Counted from the first letter of the whole stretch, positions 1-10,027 are shown. The stretch: 61,767 bases of DNA, filler included, from 5 parts of 5 records of this genome joined end to end with filler, not necessarily neighbours in it, one strand, 5' to 3'. The notes: generated from the sequence alone by a model not told the origin. Program-made: numbers and translations.

Positions 1-126
1 TAAGAAACTAATTAAAATTTATATAGTTGGTGTAGTTGTTTATTAAATATATTATAAATTAATGTGAACTAGTTTTAGAATAATTATTTTGTTTTAGACA
101 ATTCACATAAAAAAAGGAGTGGGAAA

Positions 127-1503
127 ATGAAAATATTTTCAAAATTTCAATCATTAGGAAAAGCACTTATGATGCCAATAGCAGTTATGCCGGTAGCAGC
201 AATCTTACTAAGACTTGGTGTACTTTGGAACATGCCATTTGTAACAGCAGCAGGGGGAGCAATATTTGATAACCTGGCAATATTATTTGCAATTGGTGTG
301 GCGATAGGATTAGCAAAAGATAATGCAGGAGCAGCTGGATTAGCTGGAGTTGTTGGACATTTTGTAATATTAAATGGAGCACAGGCGATTAACGGAGATA
401 TCAAAATGGGTGTTTTTTCCGGGATTATTGGTGGATTAGTCGCTGCAAATATGTACAACAAATACCACAAAATTCAACTACCTGAATTCTTAGGATTCTT
501 CGGAGGTAGAAGATTCGTACCTATTATTACTTCGGTAATCTGTATAGTGTTAGCAGCAGTATTTGGTTATGTATGGCCTATTATTCAGAACGGACTTGAT
601 GCAGCAGCTACATGGATGATCGGATCAGGACCTATTGGAGTATTCTCATTTGGTGTTCTTAACAGATTACTTATCCCTACAGGATTACATCATGTTATCA
701 ACTCTATGACTTGGTTCACATTTGGTAGCTTTGAATATATCAAAGATGGTGTAGAAGTAGTAGCAAATGGAGATCTGCATAGATTCTTCGCAGGAGATCC
801 TAAAGCAGGTATATTCATGACAGGATTCTATCCGGTAATGATGTTTGGTTTACCGGCAGCAGCAGCAGCAATGTACACAACAGCGAAAAAAGAGAATAAA
901 AAGAAAGAACTTGGAGTATTATTCAGTGTGGCTTTTACAGCTTTCTTAACAGGTGTAACTGAGCCAATTGAATTTATGTTCATGTTCTTAGCACCGGGAT
1001 TATTCTTAGTACATGCTTTACTTACTGGAGTTTCATTAGCACTTACATCAGTTCTGGGAATCCATCATGGTTTCGGATTCTCAGCAGGAGCTATAGATTT
1101 CTTCATGAATATGAATTTAGCTACTAAAGGTTGGTTACTAATCCCAATTGGTTTAGCTTTCGCGGCAGTATATTATGTATTATTCGTAGTAGTTATCAAA
1201 ATGTTCAACTTAGCAACTCCGGGTAGAGAAGAAGAGAGTTCTTCAAATGAAAAGACAGCTTCAGCTTCAGCAGGTGAATTATCAACTCAGGTATTAAGCG
1301 CATTAGGTGGAAGAGATAACTTAGTATCAATTGATTCGTGTATCACAAGACTTAGATTAGAAGTAAAAAATCAAGATGTTATTGAAGATCAAAAACTTAA
1401 AAATTTAGGAGCAAAAGGTGTATTAAGACCGGCTAAAAACAGTGTTCAAGTAATCTTCGGAGCAAAAGCTGAGATTATCGCACAAGAAATAAGAAATATG
1501 TAG
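127..1503 (+). CDS. nagE: PTS N-acetylglucosamine-specific EIICB component
   Basis: EIIC motifs (GKALMMPIAVMP, GLHH, GDLHRFFAGDP, GVTEPIEF), EIIB phosphorylation motif DSCITRLRL; RBS AAGGAG upstream; nag operon context. Confidence 0.95.
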   Translation: MKIFSKFQSLGKALMMPIAVMPVAAILLRLGVLWNMPFVTAAGGAIFDNLAILFAIGVAIGLAKDNAGAAGLAGVVGHFVILNGAQAINGDIKMGVFSGIIGGLVAANMYNKYHKIQLPEFLGFFGGRRFVPIITSVICIVLAAVFGYVWPIIQNGLDAAATWMIGSGPIGVFSFGVLNRLLIPTGLHHVINSMTWFTFGSFEYIKDGVEVVANGDLHRFFAGDPKAGIFMTGFYPVMMFGLPAAAAAMYTTAKKENKKKELGVLFSVAFTAFLTGVTEPIEFMFMFLAPGLFLVHALLTGVSLALTSVLGIHHGFGFSAGAIDFFMNMNLATKGWLLIPIGLAFAAVYYVLFVVVIKMFNLATPGREEESSSNEKTASASAGELSTQVLSALGGRDNLVSIDSCITRLRLEVKNQDVIEDQKLKNLGAKGVLRPAKNSVQVIFGAKAEIIAQEIRNM

Positions 1504-1580
1504 TATAGTTCTGGATAAAAAATTTAAAATCTTTTATAATATATAGAATAGATTGATTGAAATAGGTTTTATAGATAGAG

Positions 1581-1650
1581 TGTAGCAGGGCTGACATGGG
1601 AGTCAGCCGTACATGATAGCTTTAGGGGTAGACTCCTATGTCTACCCTGG
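1581..1650. repeat. Inverted doublet of GTAG-type REP-like hairpins
   Basis: Hairpins GGCTGAC-ATGGGA-GTCAGCC (1589-1608) and GGGTAGAC-TCCTAT-GTCTACCC (1626-1647); the reverse complement of the first aligns to the second. Confidence 0.55.
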
Positions 1651-1742
1651 TTTATACCCAATTAACCATTTCAAATCAAAGCTTCTATGAATCTTATTAA
1701 TTGTGGAGAGCTTTATAGCTATCCTTAAGGAGTGAAAAAGAA

Positions 1743-2480
1743 ATGATAAAAATATCTAAAAATAGCACATTACCTCTTTATCACCAAATTAAAGAGCTTA
1801 TAAAAGAGATGATAGATAAAGAAGAATTAAAACCTGGAGATTCTGTTCCTTCAGAAAGAGATTTAAGTAAAATTCACGCAGTTAGCAGAATGACAGCGAA
1901 TAAAGCCGTATCTGAACTGGTAGATGAGGGAATCCTTTATAGAGAAAAAGGAAAAGGAACTTTCGTTGCAAAACCGAAACAATCACAAGAGCTGGAATAC
2001 TTAAAAAGTTTTACTGAAGAGATGAAAGAGAAGGGGTTAACTTCTAAAACAGAAATTTTGGAATTTGAAATTGAAAGTATAGATTATAGTTTAAGAGAAA
2101 AAATGAAATTAGGCGAAAACGTAGAGAGAACTATTAGAATCAAGAGACTTAGAATGGTAGAAGATGAACCATTTGCAATAGAAACAGTGTGGATTCCGCT
2201 AAAATATTGTCCTGATTTGACTAAAACAAGATTAGAAGGAAAATCACTTTATAACGTTCTTAGAACTGATTACGGACATATTCCTTTTTATGCAAAACAA
2301 GCAATTAAACCTATAGCAGTATCAAAACATGAAGCTGAAATGCTGCATATCAAAAAAGGAGACTTGGCACTTTTATTTAATAGGAGAACATATCTGGAAA
2401 ACGAAGAGATAATTGAGTATACTGAGACAATTAACAGAGTTGACAGATATGAATATGAAGTTGTGTTAAAACATTTATAA
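1743..2480 (+). CDS. nagR: GntR/HutC-family (UTRA) transcriptional regulator, NagR-like
   Basis: N-terminal wHTH (PLYHQIK..PSERDL..VSRMT..GKGTFV) plus UTRA domain; located inside nag operon. Confidence 0.85.
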   Translation: MIKISKNSTLPLYHQIKELIKEMIDKEELKPGDSVPSERDLSKIHAVSRMTANKAVSELVDEGILYREKGKGTFVAKPKQSQELEYLKSFTEEMKEKGLTSKTEILEFEIESIDYSLREKMKLGENVERTIRIKRLRMVEDEPFAIETVWIPLKYCPDLTKTRLEGKSLYNVLRTDYGHIPFYAKQAIKPIAVSKHEAEMLHIKKGDLALLFNRRTYLENEEIIEYTETINRVDRYEYEVVLKHL

Positions 2481-2525
2481 TTAATTAACAATTCATTATT
2501 ACCTATTTATAAAGGAGAGTATAAG

Positions 2526-3329
2526 ATGCCATTAAAGAGAAATCCAAACACTGTAAATATAGATAAAGCAAATAGTCTAGAGATAGTTGAAATGATGAAT
2601 AACGAAGATAAAAAAGTCGCGTTAGAAGTTGAAAAAGCAGAACAGGAAATTGCCAATGGAATTGACATGATGTATGACTGTCTGAAAAATGATGGTCGGG
2701 TTATCTATGTAGGAAGCGGAACAAGCGGGAAATTAGCTGTAATTGATGCTTCTGAATGTCCACCTACATTTGGAGTAGATGACAATATGATAATCGGTTT
2801 AATTTCAGGTGGTGCCGAAGCTGTTGCAGGCTGGAAAGAGGAAACGGAAGATAATGCTGAAATGGCAGTAAATGATCTTAAGAAAGTAAGCTTTTCATCC
2901 AAAGATATTCTGGTAGCAGTATCAGCCAGCGGTAATACTCCATATGCAGTGTCAGCTATCAACTACGCTAAAGAACTGAGTGCGAAAACTATAGGAATCT
3001 ATTGCAGCTTAAACTCTGTAATGGAAAATATAGTAGATAACGGCATTCTGATTAATGTTGGTCCGGAAGTAATTGCAGGTTCTACGAGGCTAAAAGCAGG
3101 TACAGCTCAAAAGATGGTACTGAATATGCTGAGCACCGGAGTTATGATTCGTCTTGGTTATGTCTATAGTAATCTCATGATTAACGTAAAACCTATTAAT
3201 CAAAAATTAAAAGACAGATTAGTAGATATAGTTTCTATTGTCACTGAAAAATCAGCTGATGAAGTAAGAGAGAAGTTAGAGGAAACAGCATATGATGCTA
3301 AGCAAGCTATAGAGGACTTAAAGAGTTAA
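2526..3329 (+). CDS. murQ: N-acetylmuramic acid 6-phosphate etherase
   Basis: GSGTSG, DASECPPTFG, GPEVIAGSTRLKAGTAQKMVLNMLST motifs. Confidence 0.9.
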   Translation: MPLKRNPNTVNIDKANSLEIVEMMNNEDKKVALEVEKAEQEIANGIDMMYDCLKNDGRVIYVGSGTSGKLAVIDASECPPTFGVDDNMIIGLISGGAEAVAGWKEETEDNAEMAVNDLKKVSFSSKDILVAVSASGNTPYAVSAINYAKELSAKTIGIYCSLNSVMENIVDNGILINVGPEVIAGSTRLKAGTAQKMVLNMLSTGVMIRLGYVYSNLMINVKPINQKLKDRLVDIVSIVTEKSADEVREKLEETAYDAKQAIEDLKS

Positions 3330-3377
3330 TACGGAGATGGAATTTAGAGATAAGTTGTTTGGAAAAGAGGAACGCTA

Positions 3378-4538
3378 ATGAAAGCAATAATAAATGGGAA
3401 AATAGTGTTTGGTAATGAGATTTTAGAAAATTATGTGCTTGTTTTCGATGAGAAAATTGAGCAGATAATAGAAGAAAATAAATTTAATAATAATGAAGAT
3501 ATAGAGAATATAGAGATAATCGATGCTAAAGGGAATTATGTATCACCGGGCTTCATTGATATTCATATTCACGGATGTGCTAATAGTGACGTAATGGACG
3601 GAGATAGAAATGCTCTGGAAGTAATAGGTAAAACTATTGCGCAGACCGGAGTTACTTCATATCTGCCAACTACGATGACTATGGATCAGGAAACGATAAT
3701 TAAGGCACTAGAAAATATAAAGAAAAATATGAATACAGGACTTGAGGGAGCTGAAATTTTGGGAGTTCACCTTGAGGGGCCTTTTATCAATGAAAAATAT
3801 AAAGGTGCTCAGAATTCTGAATATATAATCGCACCAAACTATGAGTTTATAGAGCCTTATCTGGATATAATCAAACAGGTAACATATGCACCGGAAAAAG
3901 ATGTAGACTATAAATTCACAGAGAAGATGTGTGACTGCCACAAAGATGTGACATTATCAATAGGTCATACAGATGCTGATTATACTACATGTATGGACGT
4001 TATAGAAAAAGGAGTATCACATATTACTCACCTGTTTAATGCAATGCCCGGTTTTCATCATAGAGAGCCCGGTGTAATAGGAGCTGCATTTAATAGTGAT
4101 GTTAGTTGTGAACTGATAGCTGATAACGTGCATATCAATCCTGAAAATTATAATATAGTACTGAATATCAAAGCAAAAGATAAAGTTGTACTAATAACTG
4201 ATTCAATGAGAGCAGGTTGCCTGAAAAGCGGAACATACGATCTCGGTGGTCAGGAAGTAATTGTAGATGGAAACTCTGCCAGATTAAAAGATGGAACACT
4301 GGCTGGAAGTGTATTGAAATTAAATGATGCAGTAAATAATATACAGAAAAAAACAGAAATTGATTTCGTTCATTCTATTCAACTTGTTACATCAAATCCT
4401 GCAAAAGTTATCGGAGTTGATGGGATTAAAGGGAGTTTGGATATAGGTAAAGATGCTGATATAGTTATCCTTGATGGTGAGTATAATGTATATCAAACCA
4501 TTACAAAAGGGAAAACAATTTATAATAAAGAGAAATAA
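3378..4538 (+). CDS. nagA: N-acetylglucosamine-6-phosphate deacetylase
   Basis: [27 protein letters not shown] motifs. Confidence 0.95.
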   Translation: MKAIINGKIVFGNEILENYVLVFDEKIEQIIEENKFNNNEDIENIEIIDAKGNYVSPGFIDIHIHGCANSDVMDGDRNALEVIGKTIAQTGVTSYLPTTMTMDQETIIKALENIKKNMNTGLEGAEILGVHLEGPFINEKYKGAQNSEYIIAPNYEFIEPYLDIIKQVTYAPEKDVDYKFTEKMCDCHKDVTLSIGHTDADYTTCMDVIEKGVSHITHLFNAMPGFHHREPGVIGAAFNSDVSCELIADNVHINPENYNIVLNIKAKDKVVLITDSMRAGCLKSGTYDLGGQEVIVDGNSARLKDGTLAGSVLKLNDAVNNIQKKTEIDFVHSIQLVTSNPAKVIGVDGIKGSLDIGKDADIVILDGEYNVYQTITKGKTIYNKEK

Positions 4539-4549
4539 AAGGAGTAAAA

Positions 4550-5359
4550 ATGAGACTTATTATAACAAATGAGATGAGTGAATGGGCAGCTCTGTATGTT
4601 GCACAAGAGATAAATAAAGCTATGAAAGCGGGTAAAGAGCACTTCGTTCTTGGACTTCCTACAGGAGGAACACCGCTTGGAATGTATGAAAAATTAATTG
4701 AATTATACAATGAAGGATTAGTAAGCTTTAAAAAAGTAATTACTTTCAACATGGATGAATATGTAGGAATTCCAAAGGATCATCCTGAGAGTTATCACTC
4801 TTTTATGCATAATAACTTTTTTAATCACATTGATATTGTTAAAGAAAATATTAATATTCTAAATGGAAATGCAGAAGATCTTGAAAAAGAGTGTGAAGAT
4901 TATGAAAAAAGAATGATAGATTTCGGTGGAATTGATCTATTCGTAGGAGGTGTAGGAGTTGACGGGCATATAGCATTTAATGAACCCGGATCATCATTGG
5001 CATCGAGAACGAGAATCAAAACTCTTACAGAAGATACAAGAATAGTAAATTCAAGATTCTTTGATAATGACATCAATCAAGTTCCGAAAACTGCCCTAAC
5101 AGTTGGAGTAGCTACTTTAATGGATGCTAAGCAATTATTAATACTTGTAAAAGGACATAATAAAGCACTAGCTCTGGAGCAAGCAGTAGAGGGAAGTGTA
5201 AATCATATGTGGACTATTACAACAGTTCAAAATCATAGAAAGGCAATTGTAGTTTGTGATGAACCTGCTACTATGGAGCTGAAGGTTAAAACAGCAAAAT
5301 ATTTCAAAGATCTGGAAAAAGATAATCTAAATATAGAAGAGTTTAAAAAGAGAGTGTAG
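4550..5359 (+). CDS. nagB: Glucosamine-6-phosphate deaminase
   Basis: [29 protein letters not shown] motifs. Confidence 0.96.
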   Translation: MRLIITNEMSEWAALYVAQEINKAMKAGKEHFVLGLPTGGTPLGMYEKLIELYNEGLVSFKKVITFNMDEYVGIPKDHPESYHSFMHNNFFNHIDIVKENINILNGNAEDLEKECEDYEKRMIDFGGIDLFVGGVGVDGHIAFNEPGSSLASRTRIKTLTEDTRIVNSRFFDNDINQVPKTALTVGVATLMDAKQLLILVKGHNKALALEQAVEGSVNHMWTITTVQNHRKAIVVCDEPATMELKVKTAKYFKDLEKDNLNIEEFKKRV

Positions 5360-5394
5360 TTTTTATATAAATAAGTGATTTTAAAAAGAATTAA

Positions 5395-5429
5395 AAAAAG
5401 GTGTAAGCGCTGGTTGCTTACACCTTTTT
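5395..5429. terminator. Bidirectional rho-independent terminator (copy 1)
   Basis: AAAAAGGTGTAAGC-N7-GCTTACACCTTTTT between convergent genes. Confidence 0.85.
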
Positions 5430-5449
5430 AAGTAATGTCAAATTAAAAA

Positions 5450-6205
5450 TTACTCAGTATATTTATTATAAATACTATCAATAGTTCCATCATTTTTCAT
5501 TTCTACTAAGGCTTTTTCAATAGAATTAATTACTGTCTGTTTATTTTGAATTTTAGCTTTTTTAGAGATGATTAGATAAGCACCTTTGCTCTCTCCAACT
5601 GTAGAAAGAATTTCAATTTTATCCAAAATACCCATTTGCTTTGCAGTATATAATCCTTCGAGTTTTGTCATGATATAGACATCAATTCTACCTGTTAATA
5701 ATTTTTTAAAACCTGCCTCTGTTGCTCTACTTTCATCAAGTCTAAATTTTCCTGCCTTGATTTTTTCCTCGAATTCATTAGTGACAAAAAATCCTAAATT
5801 TCTTGAAACAACTTTATCATGAAGATCATCTAAGGAATTATATTTAAATTTATTCCCCTTTTTAACAAAAATTACATATTGCCCATAATGTAATGGAACG
5901 GAAAAATAATGTGCAAACTCTCGTCGTTCCTTAGTGTCATACGCTGCAAATACACCATCAACAGCCCCCGTTTCAGCACCTTTAATAAGTCTCTTCCATG
6001 GAACGTTTTTCATTTCAATTGGAACTTCAACTCTTCTGCTAATTTCCTTAATTATGTCATAATTAATGCCGGTCATGTTTCCATCCTCATCAATAAACTT
6101 TGTTGGTGCAAGTGAAAATTGTCCCCAAAATTCCAGTTTTTTATGTCCGTCAGAATAAGTAATTGTACTAAAGATAAGTAAAAAAGCTAATAATACCTTT
6201 CTCAT
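5450..6205 (-). CDS. Amino-acid-type ABC substrate-binding protein (family 3), orphan
   Basis: Signal peptide; G-I-x-x-D-I, PWKR, ER..F..FS.PL, GRID motifs of the SBP_bac_3 fold; no permease nearby. Confidence 0.8.
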   Translation of the reverse strand: MRKVLLAFLLIFSTITYSDGHKKLEFWGQFSLAPTKFIDEDGNMTGINYDIIKEISRRVEVPIEMKNVPWKRLIKGAETGAVDGVFAAYDTKERREFAHYFSVPLHYGQYVIFVKKGNKFKYNSLDDLHDKVVSRNLGFFVTNEFEEKIKAGKFRLDESRATEAGFKKLLTGRIDVYIMTKLEGLYTAKQMGILDKIEILSTVGESKGAYLIISKKAKIQNKQTVINSIEKALVEMKNDGTIDSIYNKYTE

Positions 6206-6368
6206 AACAACCTCCTTCTTAATATAAAAAACTACTAATCTATCAAATCCTTACTAAAATTATACGACAATAATTTAAAATTTCCTACTGAAAGAGTAAA
6301 AAAAGTTTTGTTAAAAGTAACTATAAAGTTACTTTATAATGAAGGAGAGGTTTTAAACTCATTAATTG

Positions 6369-6404
6369 AAAAAGGTGTAAGCATCGATTGCTTACACCTT
6401 TTTT
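6369..6404. terminator. Bidirectional rho-independent terminator (copy 2, identical arms to 5395-5429)
   Basis: AAAAAGGTGTAAGC-ATCGATT-GCTTACACCTTTTT. Confidence 0.85.
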
Positions 6405-6427
6405 ATAGTCTTAAATATAAAAATATA

Positions 6428-7273
6428 CTATTTTACTTTTTTAAGAATAAAAGTAGCATCTTTTTTAAATTGCTCATCATTACCACTTTCTACGTAAAGT
6501 TTTTTGTTTCCTGCCCAAGCCCCATCATCTTTTGCACGGATGTATTTGCCGGGACGACCAATTGATTCAAATGATACACCTTCACCGGCTAATCCCGGAA
6601 TAATTTTAAATGATGCGTGATTTAAGTGATTTTTATCTGCCCACTCAACATTTACATTAAAAATATATTCATTTGTACGCAAATATTCTTCGTTATTTTT
6701 AATTGATATGAAGCTAATATTTCCTTTACCATATACTCCCTCGATAATTTTAAAGACAAAAGGAGGAAAATCTTTATTATTTGTAAGAATGACTGAACCA
6801 AATGCCGGGAAATAAGCCCATTTTCCATCTAATGATTTCATTTCATAAGTCCCGCCAATATATGATTCCTCTTTTTCTTTGACAAACTCTACATCACCGG
6901 TATTTCCCCTTGTGTCATACCATGTTCCTATTATTTTATCATTCCCCATCATTTTACCTGTAAATACTGCAAAGTATGAAGGTTTTGCTTTATCTTCATA
7001 AGTCATAGTAACAACGTTAACCTGATATTTTTTTGGAGACACAAAAATATTGAAATATCTTCTATCTACCGTGTAATCACTACCACCATAAATCCCTATT
7101 AATTCACCATTTTTTTTATTAAACTTTACTATACTTTTCCCGATTTTTCCGTCTAGTTTTCCATTAAGATTTAAATCATGTTTTCGTACCCATGTTCCTT
7201 CAATATTAGCTGAGTATAAAGTCAAACTGTTAAGAATTACTAATAGAATAGGTAATAAAATCCACTTTTTCAT
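6428..7273 (-). CDS. Secreted protein with C-terminal AbfB/CBM42-like carbohydrate-binding domain
   Basis: Start reassigned to MKKWILLP (ATG 7273, RBS GAGGAG); signal peptide; C-terminal ASFKIIPGLAGEGVSFES..PGKYIR..FKKDATF is typical of AbfB repeats. Confidence 0.7.
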   Translation of the reverse strand: MKKWILLPILLVILNSLTLYSANIEGTWVRKHDLNLNGKLDGKIGKSIVKFNKKNGELIGIYGGSDYTVDRRYFNIFVSPKKYQVNVVTMTYEDKAKPSYFAVFTGKMMGNDKIIGTWYDTRGNTGDVEFVKEKEESYIGGTYEMKSLDGKWAYFPAFGSVILTNNKDFPPFVFKIIEGVYGKGNISFISIKNNEEYLRTNEYIFNVNVEWADKNHLNHASFKIIPGLAGEGVSFESIGRPGKYIRAKDDGAWAGNKKLYVESGNDEQFKKDATFILKKVK

Positions 7274-7470
7274 TTTACCACTCCTCATCAATTTTTTTAT
7301 AGTAAGCATTATATTTTGAAGAATAACTACAATATAGATATACCAAAACGTTATTGTTTTCCTTTTTAGAAAATAAAAAGAAAAGATTACTCTAAAAGTA
7401 AACAAAATGTTGTTTTCCTGTTTAGAGAGTTGGAGAAAGAGGCGGAATTCAACACTTCAACCAGAATTAA

Positions 7471-7507
7471 AAAAAGCTGATTTTAAAATTATTAAAATCA
7501 GCTTTTT
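7471..7507. terminator. Rho-independent terminator
   Basis: AAAAAGCTGATTTTAA-AATTA-TTAAAATCAGCTTTTT downstream of the 7523-7633 ORF. Confidence 0.8.
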
Positions 7508-7522
7508 CTATATATATTGAGT

Positions 7523-7633
7523 TTAACCTTTACCACAATTAGTTTTAGTACCACTTGCCTTATGTTTCCTAATACAAGCTGTACAATTACCATGGTTTCC
7601 ACAACTATATGGACATCTACAATTTGGATTCAT
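7523..7633 (-). CDS. Small Cys/His-rich putative metal-binding protein (36 aa, DUF6485-like)
   Basis: Manual translation MNPNCRCPYSCGNHGNCTACIRKHKASGTKTNCGKG; RBS AGAGGT upstream; terminator downstream; absent from the ORF track. Confidence 0.75.
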   Translation of the reverse strand: MNPNCRCPYSCGNHGNCTACIRKHKASGTKTNCGKG

Positions 7634-7696
7634 AATATGTTACCTCTCTTTTGTTCATAATTAGCTTAATATACTCACATTTAAACAGACAGGTGA

Positions 7697-7987
7697 TTAG
7701 TAAGCAGCAGTTAGAATATTAATATCAATCTCTTTTTCAAGTAATGGAGTAATTTGAGGAATAAGTTTTGAAATATGTGGCGCTTGTAGATGGATATCTA
7801 ACTCTTCCCTAGACTCCCACTCCTCTATAAACCAGACAGTGTTAGGATTAGCATCATCATTAAATGCCTGATACTCAACACATCCCTTATCTTTTGCATT
7901 TGTTTCATCGACAAGCTCCTTAACAAGTTTCAAGAACTCATCTAATTTTCCCTCTTTTACATAAAATGTAGCTAAAGCTTTTACCAT
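7697..7987 (-). CDS. Antibiotic biosynthesis monooxygenase (ABM) family / putative quinol monooxygenase
   Basis: VKEGK.DEF..GCVEY..FIEEWESREELDIHLQAPH pattern. Confidence 0.85.
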   Translation of the reverse strand: MVKALATFYVKEGKLDEFLKLVKELVDETNAKDKGCVEYQAFNDDANPNTVWFIEEWESREELDIHLQAPHISKLIPQITPLLEKEIDINILTAAY

Positions 7988-8075
7988 TTTTACATCTCTC
8001 CCTTTATTAATTTTTTATATTGTAGGGGTAATGCCTCGTGCAATAACTGTAAACTTAAGAAATTAATTCGTTTAA

Positions 8076-8175
8076 NNNNNNNNNNNNNNNNNNNNNNNNN
8101 NNNNNNNNNNNNNNNNNNNTTAATTAATTAANNNNNNNNNNNNNNNNNNNNNNNNNNNNNNNNNNNNNNNNNNNN
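8076..8175. other. Artificial contig spacer
   Basis: N44-TTAATTAATTAA-N44 (stops in all six frames). Confidence 0.99.
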
Positions 8176-9351
8176 CATCCAGCCCATATTCCATTTATAA
8201 TCAAATCCTAAGGCGCCTTCTTCGACCATTCCTGTTATTTTGGTTTCAGACGTACTTTCTTCTGCAATCATGACCACTGCTGGATGGGCTAACTTGATAA
8301 CAGAATTAAGCTTCTGTAAAAAGTAATAGCCTTCAAAGTTGCGATTGCCCCCTTCGTGATTTGGTTCCCATGGACCTTCATCATAATCGCGATAGATCAT
8401 GTTGGAAACGGCATCTACCCGAATACCATCAATATGATAAAATTCGATCCAGAACAAGGCACTTGAGATCAGAAAGCTTTGGACTTGTGGTTTGCCGAGA
8501 TCAAAGTTGATCGCACCCCAGCGAACATTTTTGGCACGGTTTTCATCCATGTATTCAAATGTCGGCGTGCCGTCATAATAAGCTAGGCTGTCATCATTGA
8601 CACAAAAATGTCCTGGTACCCAATCAACAAAGACACCAATATTTTCTAAATGGCATGCCTCTACAAAGTCTTGAAATTCTTCTGGTGTCCCATAATAGGA
8701 ACTGAGCGCAAAATAACCTGTCAGCTGATAGCCCCACGAGGTACCTAATGGATGTTCCATCAAAGGCATAAATTCAATATGGGTATAACCCATTTTTTTC
8801 ACATAAGGGATAAGTTCATCTTTTAATTCAGAGAAGCGATAAGGGGTGCCGTCTTCGTGATGCTTCCACGAGCTGGCATGAACTTCATAAATATTTAGAG
8901 GTCGATTAAATGTTTTCTGTCTTTTTTTGCGGCCTTGCCATAGTCCATCCCGCCATTTTTTTTGTGGGATCGAATGCAACACGGCAGCAGTTCCTGGTCG
9001 AGCTTCGAAATGGACAGCAAAAGGATCAATCTTCAATACTTCTCGTCCATTTGCTTGTTTGACTTTGTATTTGTAAAGCTGTCCTTCTTTTACTTGGTTG
9101 GTCTCAATCTCCCAGACCCCAGATTCTGCCCTTTTATTCATTGGCAAAGTGTCTGTCCATTGGTTGAAATCACCAACCAGCCAAACTTGTTGAGCGTTTG
9201 GTGCCCAAACACGAAACACATAGCCATCATCCGCTTGATGGGCTCCTAAGAAATGTTGGACATAAAAATTTTCACCGCTCAGAAAGTCCTTTTCTGCAGT
9301 CAGTACCTGTTGTTTGGTAACCACTCTCTCATCAGTCCTCCTTCGACTCAT
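8176..9351 (-). CDS. glgB: 1,4-alpha-glucan branching enzyme (3' truncated by contig end)
   Basis: [48 protein letters not shown] motifs. Confidence 0.96.
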
Positions 9352-9525
9352 CTTGATCGCTTATTCTTTAACGATCGATCATTGTCCCATTTTTTAATAG
9401 AGAAGCATTTGCAATCAAACGATCTCTACTGTTAGCATAGCATAAAATAAAATTCTAGTAACCTAATAACCCTATGATACGAACGAATTATTCAGGACAG
9501 AAAAAAACAGCTTGAACGTATCTGT

Positions 9526-9933
9526 TCAACCTGTTTCAGCTCTACTTTTTAGCTTTTGGAAAATGAAGTATGTGACTACACTTAACTGAAACAAATTTGC
9601 CAAAACCAGGATGAAAACAACCATCACCGGAAATGTCTCAGTTAATTCAACATATGCCAGCAGTGTCCCAAATGCAGAAGAGGCGGAGCAAAAACACCAG
9701 AATCGAAACCCGTAAAAACTCGTCACTACGGTATAAAGACTAATAATCCCCAATAAGAAAAGCTGAGTAAATCGGTCAAATACCGTATCGGTATAATAAA
9801 TTTCACCTAACATGACTTGGATCGTACCAAAACTAGTTGGTACTTTATAAAGCGTCAGCAATGCACCGATCAAACTGAATGCACCAATCAAAAGATGACT
9901 GCCAGCTAAGCTGATTCGAATGTTTAGTTTCAC
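9526..9933 (-). CDS. Hypothetical membrane protein (~4 TM)
   Basis: Hydrophobic segments; GTG start with AAGGA RBS. Confidence 0.6.
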   Translation of the reverse strand: MKLNIRISLAGSHLLIGAFSLIGALLTLYKVPTSFGTIQVMLGEIYYTDTVFDRFTQLFLLGIISLYTVVTSFYGFRFWCFCSASSAFGTLLAYVELTETFPVMVVFILVLANLFQLSVVTYFIFQKLKSRAETG

Positions 9934-10027
9934 GCGTCCTTCACAACCTTCAATCTTCGATCCTTTTACGAAAACAACTGCTTCTACAGCCGTTTCCCTT
10001 CTTCGCTAGAGCCGAAATCACCTTCAA

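Noticed and set aside
23-42. NagR dre operator upstream of nagE (AGTTGGTGTAGTTGTT)
   Set aside because: Only the left half matches TGGT.TAGAC.A; too weak to call.
6308-6565. 85-aa plus-strand ORF
   Set aside because: Crosses a terminator and overlaps the end of a real minus-strand gene; composition reflects AT-rich noncoding DNA.
5395-7507. Integron attC sites or CRISPR repeats
   Set aside because: Hairpins have perfect arms with A/T tails, no RYYYAAC/GTTRRRY boxes, no integrase and no regular spacer periodicity.
8120-8131. TTAATTAATTAA palindrome repeated four times in the window
   Set aside because: Always centred in N runs; artificial six-frame stop linker.
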